DNA from: a bacterium
Lineage (GTDB): Bacteria; Calescibacteriota; Calescibacteriia; Calescibacteriales; Calescibacteriaceae
Length of the DNA: 64,000 nt
NCBI GenBank assembly: GCA_030550715.1
Contig: JAUQOU010000002.1
Span: 23,785 to 87,784, forward strand
Direction of reading: 5' to 3'
Shown here: positions 1 to 7,638 of the stretch, piece by piece
Numbering within the stretch: the first letter of the stretch is position 1
Layout: the number at the start of each line of letters is the position of its first letter
Made by a program: the position numbers and the translations under genes
Notes under the pieces: model-generated
Seen by the model: the letters and a program-made list of their open reading frames with translations, nothing else
What the model was told of the DNA's origin: nothing
Databases searched by the model: none

Positions 1-1
1 T

Positions 2-313
2 TTCATGCGCGAGAACTGCACAAAATGCCACTCCATAAAAGCCGAAGGAGTAGAACCACAAAAAGAATCCCTTCTCAAAGGGAAGAAAATAATAGATCAC
101 TCGGGAGTTGGCATAAGGCGAGATAGCGAGTGGATTCAAAAATGGCTCAAAAAGGAAATAGAAAACGAAAAAGGAAGAAAACATAAAGTGAAGTGGAAGG
201 GAAACAACGAAGATTTAAAGATTCTGGCAGAATTCCTCTCAAATCTCAGAAGGGAAATTCCAGAAGATGAACTCAAAAAGTGGTATCAAGATTTGCTCAA
301 TTCATCAAGATAA
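2..313 (+). CDS. c-type cytochrome, C-terminal part (5' end cut by window edge)
   Basis: The frame is open from position 2. It contains the CTKCH = CXXCH heme-c attachment motif and a basic C-terminal tail. Confidence 0.5.
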   Translation, partial: FMRENCTKCHSIKAEGVEPQKESLLKGKKIIDHSGVGIRRDSEWIQKWLKKEIENEKGRKHKVKWKGNNEDLKILAEFLSNLRREIPEDELKKWYQDLLNSSR

Positions 314-318
314 TTTTT

Positions 319-1074
319 TCAATCTTGCGAGAATTCAAGACGTTTGAGAAAAATTCTTATCTCTTCTTCTTTTTGATCTACTATCTCTTGTGGTTTCCCA
401 TGCCATATTATTTGTCCATCTTTCATGAATATTATTTTATCTGCAAGTTTTATGGCGCTTTTTATATCGTGCGTTATAACAAGAAATGTTGAGCCAAATC
501 TTTTTTTGAGGTCAAGTATGAGCTCTTCAATAGAAGAAGATGTTGCGGGGTCAATTCCAGAAGTTGGTTCATCTAAAATGACTATTTTGGGGTTGTGAAT
601 TATAGCTCTTGCGAGTGCAGTCCTTTTTTGCATACCACCAGATAGCTCAGCAGGATATTTCTTCTCGTGTCCCTTCAATCCTATAATCTCAATTAACTGA
701 TATACCTTCTCTTTTATTATGTTTTTATCTTTTATTTTGTTTATCTCGATAAGAGGGAATGCGATGTTTTCTTCTACTGTAAGCCAGTCAAATAGCGCAG
801 AATTCTGAAACAGAAAACCGAAATTCTTAATAATTTCAAGCTTTTTCTCACCAGATAGCTCATTTATGATTTGCTCCTCAAAAATAATTTTTCCTTTTTC
901 TGGTTTTAAAATCCCGACTATATTTTTCATAAGAACGGTTTTCCCACATCCAGACCTCCCCATAACCACTGTTATTTTTCCCTTTTCTATCTCTGCATTT
1001 ATGTTTTTGAGGACGGGTTTCCCATTGAAGTATTTCCAGAGATTCTCTATCTTTATTATAATATCGTTCTCCAT
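319..1074 (-). CDS. ABC transporter ATP-binding protein (MlaF-like single NBD)
   Basis: Walker A GRSGCGKT, ABC signature LSGGMQKR and Walker B ILDEPTSGID are present. I prefer the ATG at 1074 over the TTG at 1089. No permease gene is adjacent. Confidence 0.85.
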   Translation of the reverse strand: MENDIIIKIENLWKYFNGKPVLKNINAEIEKGKITVVMGRSGCGKTVLMKNIVGILKPEKGKIIFEEQIINELSGEKKLEIIKNFGFLFQNSALFDWLTVEENIAFPLIEINKIKDKNIIKEKVYQLIEIIGLKGHEKKYPAELSGGMQKRTALARAIIHNPKIVILDEPTSGIDPATSSSIEELILDLKKRFGSTFLVITHDIKSAIKLADKIIFMKDGQIIWHGKPQEIVDQKEEEIRIFLKRLEFSQD

Positions 1075-1243
1075 AAGTAGGACCAACAATTTTCACCTTA
1101 TATTTTATTTTTTGGAAGAGAGCTTTCTTGTTTTTTGGATTGATAAGAAAATTCGGAAGGGAAAAATTTTTGTTTTTTGGAAAATATTTTTAAGTTAGAA
1201 ATATTTATTTTGAAGTTAAAAATAAATAAGGAGGTGAAAACTT

Positions 1244-1666
1244 ATGAATAAATTAACCTTTTTGTTTTTAGGTGTCGGATTAATTGTGGCAGGTCTCTGG
1301 CTCTCTGCATCAGCGGAAAAAGGAAAAGAGCTTAACTTCACCGTCTATATCAGAGCTTATGATACTACGATCCCCGAAGCTACAATAGAAGGAGTGACAA
1401 TAAAAAATGTGAGGCAGTTCAACGTACTGAACGAACCAGAAAATCTAGTTGCGAGAGTGGGGGATACCGTAAATATCAAGATAGTCAATGAATCGCCTAT
1501 AAGTGAGAACTTCTCTATTGAGGGATATGATGTTGATATGACGCTAAAAGCAAAGGAGACGAAGGAGACGAAGTTCAAGGCATCAAAACCCGGTTCATAT
1601 ACTATATGGTGTAAGCTCCACCCAAAAAATGTCCATCTTCCCGGTTCATTCTCTGTAATACCATAA
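1244..1666 (+). CDS. secreted cupredoxin-fold copper protein with a non-classical ligand set
   Basis: AAGGAGGTG RBS and an N-terminal signal/TM segment. C-terminal motif C123-x2-H126-x4-H131. The cupredoxin_1-like strand pattern VGDTVNIKIVNESPISENFSIEG has Glu where the ligand His normally sits. Confidence 0.7.
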   Translation: MNKLTFLFLGVGLIVAGLWLSASAEKGKELNFTVYIRAYDTTIPEATIEGVTIKNVRQFNVLNEPENLVARVGDTVNIKIVNESPISENFSIEGYDVDMTLKAKETKETKFKASKPGSYTIWCKLHPKNVHLPGSFSVIP

Positions 1667-1712
1667 GTCCTGCTTCTTATTCATAGCTCCCCCAGATAGA
1701 GGAAGATCACAT

Positions 1713-2393
1713 ATGATATTCCTAAGAAAGAAAAACATAGATAGAGAAAAACTTTTAAAGAGAAAAGATGCATTTGGAAATATTTTCCTTTTCCTCTTTC
1801 TTGGGGGAGCTTTTATGTTTTTCTTGTTCTCTCTTTTGGAGTTCTATAAGAGTTCGTACTGCAAAGAAAATTTTAACGGTTTCAGGTTTGCTGAAAGGAA
1901 AAAGATATTCCATTTCACTGAATACTCTGGAAAATTTTTGATTTTGTATTTTGGATATACAAGTTGCCCAGGGGTTTGCTCTACTATGATGAAGAAATTA
2001 GCAGATGCGTACTCCTTACTTGATAAAAAAGTTCAAAATATGGTCGATGTTGTTATGGTTGGACTTGACCCTGAAAATGATACTCCCGAAAGGATGGAAA
2101 GGTATGTGAAAAGTTTTAATGAAAGTTTTTCATGGAAATTGCTTCCGAAAAAAGAGTTAGATAAGGTAGTGAATGCTTTGGGTATAGAGGCGGTAGTTTT
2201 AGAAGATGGAGTAATAGAACACTCAAGTTATGCAGTTTTGATAGATGATAAAGGTTATGCTGAACTTATGTTTCCTATTGAGCTGAACCCATATGAGATA
2301 GCGAGCGATATTGAAAAGATAGTGAGGAAGAATGATGGTGGTATTTTGAGTGATGTTTGTGTGCTTTTAAATTCTGCTGATTTTTCCCCATAA
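1713..2393 (+). CDS. SCO1/SenC family copper chaperone (thioredoxin fold)
   Basis: N-terminal TM helix, FGYTSCPGVCS (CxxxC) motif and the downstream conserved His in IEHSSYAVLIDDKG. Confidence 0.8.
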   Translation: MIFLRKKNIDREKLLKRKDAFGNIFLFLFLGGAFMFFLFSLLEFYKSSYCKENFNGFRFAERKKIFHFTEYSGKFLILYFGYTSCPGVCSTMMKKLADAYSLLDKKVQNMVDVVMVGLDPENDTPERMERYVKSFNESFSWKLLPKKELDKVVNALGIEAVVLEDGVIEHSSYAVLIDDKGYAELMFPIELNPYEIASDIEKIVRKNDGGILSDVCVLLNSADFSP

Positions 2394-2433
2394 CTTTTGA
2401 TATTCTTATAAGATTTGTTTTGGGAAGATTTTT

Positions 2434-2979
2434 ATGGATGTAGAATGGAAGATTTTTTTTATTTTGGAGAGGTTATGGATTGCTTTTGAGAAGATTCTGC
2501 GAGATGTTGCAATTCAAAATAGTTTAAGTCCCCTTCAAGCCAAAATAATTGTATATCTTTTGAGGAAGGGAGAAGCGAGCATAAAAGAGGTTGTGAGTGA
2601 GGTTAATGTCAAGCATTCTGCGTGTAATTCTGCTCTGAAAGCTCTCTCACGAAAAAAACTTATAGTCATTTATGAAGGAGAGACAGACAGAAGATTCAAG
2701 ATGATTTCTCTTACAAATGCTGGAAGAGAATTAGCGAAAAGATTGAGCTGGTATTCAGTTTTTTGCGAGTCAATTTCACAGCTGAGCAGGAATGAGAAAA
2801 ATCAGTTTCTTGTTTTGCTTATGAATCTTGCGAAGCTGATGCAAGAAAAAGGGCTTATTTCTCCCCAGAAGATGTGTTTTTCGTGCGTTTATTTTCACGA
2901 TATGTATTGCTTATTTTTGAAGAAAAAACTTTCGTCAGAGACGCTTCAGGTTTCCTGTCCAGATTTCAAGCCAGCTTAA
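2434..2979 (+). CDS. MarR-type winged-helix regulator with Cys-rich C-terminal tail
   Basis: wHTH segment LSPLQAKIIVYLLRKGEASIKEV...DRRFKMISLTNAGREL. The tail reads CFSCVYFHDMYC...VSCPDF. Confidence 0.6.
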   Translation: MDVEWKIFFILERLWIAFEKILRDVAIQNSLSPLQAKIIVYLLRKGEASIKEVVSEVNVKHSACNSALKALSRKKLIVIYEGETDRRFKMISLTNAGRELAKRLSWYSVFCESISQLSRNEKNQFLVLLMNLAKLMQEKGLISPQKMCFSCVYFHDMYCLFLKKKLSSETLQVSCPDFKPA

Positions 2980-2990
2980 TTTTTTAAGTT

Positions 2991-3012
2991 GTCTCAAGGA
3001 GACGATTTTTTT
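2991..3012 (+). terminator. weak candidate intrinsic terminator after the MarR gene
   Basis: GTCTC-AAG-GAGAC hairpin (5 bp) followed by GATTTTTTT. Confidence 0.3.
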
Positions 3013-3128
3013 CAGATTTTTCTTCGGGTGAGAAAATTTTTTATGGGAGAAATTTTTCTGTTTGGTTCGTGGTAAAAATTTTTGTATAAAGTGTAAATTT
3101 TAACTTTATAATTTAATTTTGAGTGGTT

Positions 3129-4190
3129 ATGAAGGTTGGAGCTTTTTATCTTTTTGAGACGCTCGGTGAGAAGACCCCGAGCCAAGCTTACAGAGAGGCA
3201 GTTGAGGAATCGGTCTTCGCGGAGAAAATCGGTTTTTATGCTATCTGTCCTGCCGAACATCACTTCGCAGAACACTACGGAATAATGCCTGATACTCTTG
3301 ACTTTCTATCGTGGGTTGCAGCAAGGACTAAAAAAATAAAACTCTGGCCGATGGTGATTGTTACACCGCTTAACGAGCCAATCCGCCTTGCAGAAAGAGT
3401 AGCTATGCTCGATCAGTTCTCGGAAGGCAGAGTTGTTTTCTCTGTTGGTTCAGGTTACAGAGCGTATGAGTTCTACCCTTTCGGATATGACATAAAAAAT
3501 AACTGGAAGATGATGAGAGAATCAATTGAGTTCTGCCAGAAAGTATGGGTAAATGGGAAGGTCTCATACGAAGGGGAGTTCATAAAGGTGAAGGATGTCG
3601 AGATTCAGCCAAAGCCATACCAGAAGCCATATCCACCCATATACATAACTACAACAAGGGATGATCAGATAAAGTGGGCTGCTGAAAGAGGGATTTATGT
3701 TATACCTGCCGCGGGTTTTTCAATATATGAGCTAAAACATGTATTTGACCTTTATAAAAGGGAAGCTGAAAGTTTAGGGAATCAGGATATGCCAGAAAAG
3801 GTAGCTTTCAAGTGGATATATGTTGACAGGAGCTTAAAGAGAGCGAGAGAGCTTGCAGAAAAATACTTTATGAAAACACTTTTTGCTTTCTTTCAAGGAG
3901 GGGAACATCTATATAACCTTCTTGCAAGAAAGCTCAGAGAAACGTGGCCAAAAGATAAACCATGGCCGGGAAAAGAAAACGAAATAAACTTTGAAGTGCT
4001 TACAGGTAATATAGAGTATACAACTTGTGCGTGGGGAGACCCTGAGAAGATAAAAGATATTATGAGTTTGTTGAAGGAGCAAGGCGTAACTATGTTCATA
4101 GGGGGGTTCAATATGGGAGCTATGCCTACTGAACTTGTCAAAAAATCAATGAAGCTATTTGCAGAAAAAGTTCTGCCATATATTCAGTAA
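3129..4190 (+). CDS. LLM-class (luciferase-like) flavin-dependent oxidoreductase
   Basis: The N-terminal pattern MKVGAFYLFE...AEKIGFYAICPAEHHF and the FSEGRVVFSVGSGY region are typical of luciferase-like monooxygenases. I prefer the ATG at 3129 to the GTG at 3123. Confidence 0.8.
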   Translation: MKVGAFYLFETLGEKTPSQAYREAVEESVFAEKIGFYAICPAEHHFAEHYGIMPDTLDFLSWVAARTKKIKLWPMVIVTPLNEPIRLAERVAMLDQFSEGRVVFSVGSGYRAYEFYPFGYDIKNNWKMMRESIEFCQKVWVNGKVSYEGEFIKVKDVEIQPKPYQKPYPPIYITTTRDDQIKWAAERGIYVIPAAGFSIYELKHVFDLYKREAESLGNQDMPEKVAFKWIYVDRSLKRARELAEKYFMKTLFAFFQGGEHLYNLLARKLRETWPKDKPWPGKENEINFEVLTGNIEYTTCAWGDPEKIKDIMSLLKEQGVTMFIGGFNMGAMPTELVKKSMKLFAEKVLPYIQ

Positions 4191-4213
4191 AAAGCTGGGG
4201 GGTTAAAGCAAGA

Positions 4214-5311
4214 ATGAAGGGAAGAGTTAGCATATTCAGGGAAAGCGGGAAACCGCTTGAGATAAAGGAGTTTGAAGTCCCTGATCCGAAAGAGGGAGAG
4301 GTTTTGGTCAGAGTTTTGAGAGCAAACATATGTGGTTCAGATATACACATGTTTTCTGGTGAAGCTTTCAAGGCGTTCGGCGGACTTTTTTATCCTATTG
4401 TTCTCGGTCACGAGTTTGTGGGTCGGATAGAAAAACTGGGAAAAGGAGTCGAAAAAGACAGTATCGGTAAAAGCATATCAGAGGGAGACCTGATTTCTGC
4501 GTGCTATTTCAGAGGATGTGGTAGATGTAAGAACTGTTCTCTTGGGCAGGAGCACGCGTGCTTTCAAAGCTTGGTTTCGGTTCTCAGAGAGGCAGAAAAA
4601 CCCCCATTTTTTGTCGGAGGTTTCGCTGACTTTTACATTATAAGACCAGGGCAAAAATTTTATAAGTTAGACGATGATCTCCCGCTAGATATATCAGCAG
4701 CGATAAACTGCGCATTATCACAGGTTTTGTTCGGTTTAAAAGAGATTGGCTTGGGGTACGGAGATAGCGTTGTTATACAGGGGGCGGGAGGACTCGGGCT
4801 TTTAGCGGTTGCTGTAGCGAAAGATATGGGAGCAGGAAAAGTTATAGTCGTTGATGCTATTGAAGCTCGTCTTGAACTCGCAAAAGAGTTCGGCGCAGAC
4901 CACACTATAAAACTTGATGATGATTTCAGAGGGAGAGTAGCCAGAGTTAAAGAGATTACAGAAGGTGGTGCAGATGTTGTCGTTGAACTTGCGGGAAACC
5001 CAAAAGCTGTTGCGGAAGGCATAAAATACATGCGAAGAGGTGGAAAATATCTTATTATGGGAGCAATAAATCCAAAGCAGAAATTTGACGCTGATCCATC
5101 TGTGTGGATAGGGGAAAACCTCACTTTAAAAGGTGTATCTCTTTATCATCCGCATACCATCTTGCTTGCCCAGAACTTCATAAGAAGGAACAAAGATAAA
5201 ATTCCTTTTGGGAAGATGTTTTATGTGTTTGATTTTGAGAAAATAAATGATGCGTTCCAATCAGCAGTAGAAAGGAAATATCCAAGAGTCCAAATCAGAA
5301 TTTCAGGATAA
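4214..5311 (+). CDS. zinc-dependent alcohol dehydrogenase family (MDR) oxidoreductase
   Basis: CGSDIH catalytic Zn Cys, GHEFVGRI, structural Zn cluster CGRCKNCSLGQEHAC and Rossmann motif GAGGLGLLAV. Confidence 0.85.
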   Translation: MKGRVSIFRESGKPLEIKEFEVPDPKEGEVLVRVLRANICGSDIHMFSGEAFKAFGGLFYPIVLGHEFVGRIEKLGKGVEKDSIGKSISEGDLISACYFRGCGRCKNCSLGQEHACFQSLVSVLREAEKPPFFVGGFADFYIIRPGQKFYKLDDDLPLDISAAINCALSQVLFGLKEIGLGYGDSVVIQGAGGLGLLAVAVAKDMGAGKVIVVDAIEARLELAKEFGADHTIKLDDDFRGRVARVKEITEGGADVVVELAGNPKAVAEGIKYMRRGGKYLIMGAINPKQKFDADPSVWIGENLTLKGVSLYHPHTILLAQNFIRRNKDKIPFGKMFYVFDFEKINDAFQSAVERKYPRVQIRISG

Positions 5312-5338
5312 AAGAGCAGAAGTGGAGGTGAAAAAAGT

Positions 5339-6352
5339 ATGATAAGTTTTGCGTTAGATGATGAAGAGAGAATGATAGAAGAGATAGCCAGAAACCTTGG
5401 AAAACTTCTCAGAGATGGTATGAGAAAATGGGAAAAAGATGGTGTATCTTCTGAGATTATAAAAAAGTATCAGGAGACAGGTTTTGCTCTTATTGACCTG
5501 CCAGAAGAACTTGGGGGTGTAAATGCGGGATTTTTCAAAAAGGTTTTGGCTCTCGAATCCATGGCATGGGGATGTGCAGGCACTACACTTTTTCTTGAAC
5601 TCCCATCTTTTAACTCACATATTCTTGTCTTTGCTGATGAGAATGCAAAATCAAAATACAGAGACAAAATGAATAAGGTGGGAATATACTTTGATTTTGA
5701 TAACAATTTCTCTGAGGAGAACGGAAAATACACAGGTTCTGCAAAAGCTGTTCTCGGTAGAGATATAGCTCTTTTCTTTCTCGTGAAGGATGGGAAAGTT
5801 CTTGTTTTCAGGAATTTTGAGATTCAGAGAAAAAAACCGCTTGCGTTAGATGCTGTGGGAGTGAATGAATTGAAGCTTTCTGATTCCGAACCAGAAGATA
5901 TTTTTGAGTTAAAAGATAAGGGCAGATATTTTTTATCTGTTGCGAGGTTATATCTTTCTGCGATTGATACCGGGATTTTGAGAGCAAGCTTTGAATATTC
6001 TTCTGCTTACGCTATGGAGAGAGAAGCTTTCGGGAAAAAGATAGCTCATCATCAGGGTATGGCTTTTTTACTTTCTGATTTTTCCATTGCTACTTCTGCC
6101 TGTCAGCTTTACTTATGGAAGGCAGCTTGGTCGCTTGACACAAAGCAAGAAAACTTCTTTCAGGTGTGTGCAGATGCGTTCTCGTTCATTTCTGAAAATG
6201 CCGAAAAATTTACCGTCTGGGGAGTCCAGATACTTGGAGGACACGGTTTTGTAAAGGATCATCCGGTCGAAAAATGGATGCGTGAAGCAAAAACTATATC
6301 TTTGCTCTTCGGAGGAAAACACATATCTGAAATTCATTCATCAGAAGAGTGA
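5339..6352 (+). CDS. acyl-CoA dehydrogenase-fold protein (short, degenerate)
   Basis: C-terminal ACAD helices (QILGGHGFVKDHPVEKWMREAK). At 337 aa it is shorter than typical ACADs. GGAGGTG RBS. Confidence 0.65.
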   Translation: MISFALDDEERMIEEIARNLGKLLRDGMRKWEKDGVSSEIIKKYQETGFALIDLPEELGGVNAGFFKKVLALESMAWGCAGTTLFLELPSFNSHILVFADENAKSKYRDKMNKVGIYFDFDNNFSEENGKYTGSAKAVLGRDIALFFLVKDGKVLVFRNFEIQRKKPLALDAVGVNELKLSDSEPEDIFELKDKGRYFLSVARLYLSAIDTGILRASFEYSSAYAMEREAFGKKIAHHQGMAFLLSDFSIATSACQLYLWKAAWSLDTKQENFFQVCADAFSFISENAEKFTVWGVQILGGHGFVKDHPVEKWMREAKTISLLFGGKHISEIHSSEE

Positions 6353-6378
6353 GTTCGTATACTTTATCTTGAAAAGTT

Positions 6379-7449
6379 TTATGTGGTTGTGCTTTCTGTA
6401 TCAATATAAATATCCTTATTTTTCATAAGAGTATTTTTCGCAACAGGTTTTCTGACGATCTGTATTCTCACCATTGCTGAAACATACCAAATAGTGTTTG
6501 CAGGACTTTTCACGGGAGCTATTTTCCATGCAAGAGTGTTTTGGTGATAATCCCAATTTTCGTATTTATTAAAATCCCTTATTATATCGGTTATCACCGC
6601 ACCGGAGTTAAGTATTATTTTTTGTAATTCGCTCCATTTATGTAATGATGAATCAATGAGCGTCATACCTATGTATCCGACCGAGCCAACGCCTTTCAAG
6701 CACCAGATAGATTTTTGAAGGAAGGTTTGAAATGCCTTTTTTGCTTCTGGTGGGTCAGTGACAAAGACATCGAAATTTCTGTTGAATTCCTTGGGAAGTG
6801 GATTCCTAAGATCAAAAACCTCTGCTTTGAGCTTTAAACCTCTGCTTTGTGCAACCTCATTTGTAAAATCAATAAGCCGTTTATCTATATCAAGAACTAA
6901 GATTTCTTCTGGGAGTTTTGTTAGTGCAAGAGCTATTCCAACTAAGTCATCGTCTCCCAAAACTATTATTCTCTTTTTCGCTATGTCACCTCTCAATCGC
7001 ATCATAGAAACCCTTGCTATTGTACTATCTGGAGTTATATTTCCCTGGTCGTATTGCTGGATGGGCTTTGGTCTGTTTTTCTGTATTTCAAAAAACTCTT
7101 CATATATCCCTATTGCTTTTATGTTTATTCCTCTTCCCTGACACTCTGGACAAATCAGCTCATTGATGAACTTTGGGATATAGTCAAATTTTTTTTCAAG
7201 CTTTTCAAGAACTTTTATGTTTTCGTTTTCAAAATCAATGTAGCCATATTTTTTCAGCAACCTTATTGTTTCTGCGATAACAGGAATAGGTTTTTGTGAG
7301 AAATTCACGATCTGCCAGAAATTTCCTGTTGTTTTTACAGCAGATATTATATCCTCTACATCTTTCGGACTTACTTTTATTTTTGTCTTTTTCTCTGTAT
7401 TTTTAGCTATTTGTTCAAGCTCTTTCTGTGAATCTTTATGATTTTCCAC
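6379..7449 (-). CDS. bpsA: bis-aminopropyl spermidine (branched-chain polyamine) synthase, DUF43 family
   Basis: VLGDDDLVGIALALT and FDVFVTDPPE motifs, plus a CPECQGRG knuckle. GTG start at 7449. Confidence 0.65.
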   Translation of the reverse strand: MENHKDSQKELEQIAKNTEKKTKIKVSPKDVEDIISAVKTTGNFWQIVNFSQKPIPVIAETIRLLKKYGYIDFENENIKVLEKLEKKFDYIPKFINELICPECQGRGINIKAIGIYEEFFEIQKNRPKPIQQYDQGNITPDSTIARVSMMRLRGDIAKKRIIVLGDDDLVGIALALTKLPEEILVLDIDKRLIDFTNEVAQSRGLKLKAEVFDLRNPLPKEFNRNFDVFVTDPPEAKKAFQTFLQKSIWCLKGVGSVGYIGMTLIDSSLHKWSELQKIILNSGAVITDIIRDFNKYENWDYHQNTLAWKIAPVKSPANTIWYVSAMVRIQIVRKPVAKNTLMKNKDIYIDTESTTT

Positions 7450-7459
7450 AGATTTTTTG

Positions 7460-7534
7460 CGCCCCCAGGGGGATTTGAACCCCCGTTCCCGGCTTGAAAG
7501 ACCGGTGTCCTAGACCGGGCTAGACGATGGGGGC
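7460..7534 (-). tRNA. tRNA-Glu (anticodon UUC)
   Basis: Cloverleaf read by hand: acceptor GCCCCCA/TGGGGGC, anticodon arm CCGGT-CTTTCAA-GCCGG, T-arm GGGGGTTCAAATCCCCC. CCA is not encoded. Confidence 0.9.
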
Positions 7535-7638
7535 AAAAAAAAGCAAAATCAATAAATTAGATAAAATAAAAATTTCCCAGTTCCACTTTTTCAGGATTTT
7601 TTTATCTTTACTACTGAAAATTTTTTGTTTAATCTATA

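Noticed and set aside
3082-3112. TTGTAT ... TATAAT as the sigma70 promoter of the LLM gene
   Set aside because: By my count the spacer is 19 nt, and the -10 box lies only about 17 nt from the ATG. It is too uncertain to report as a feature.
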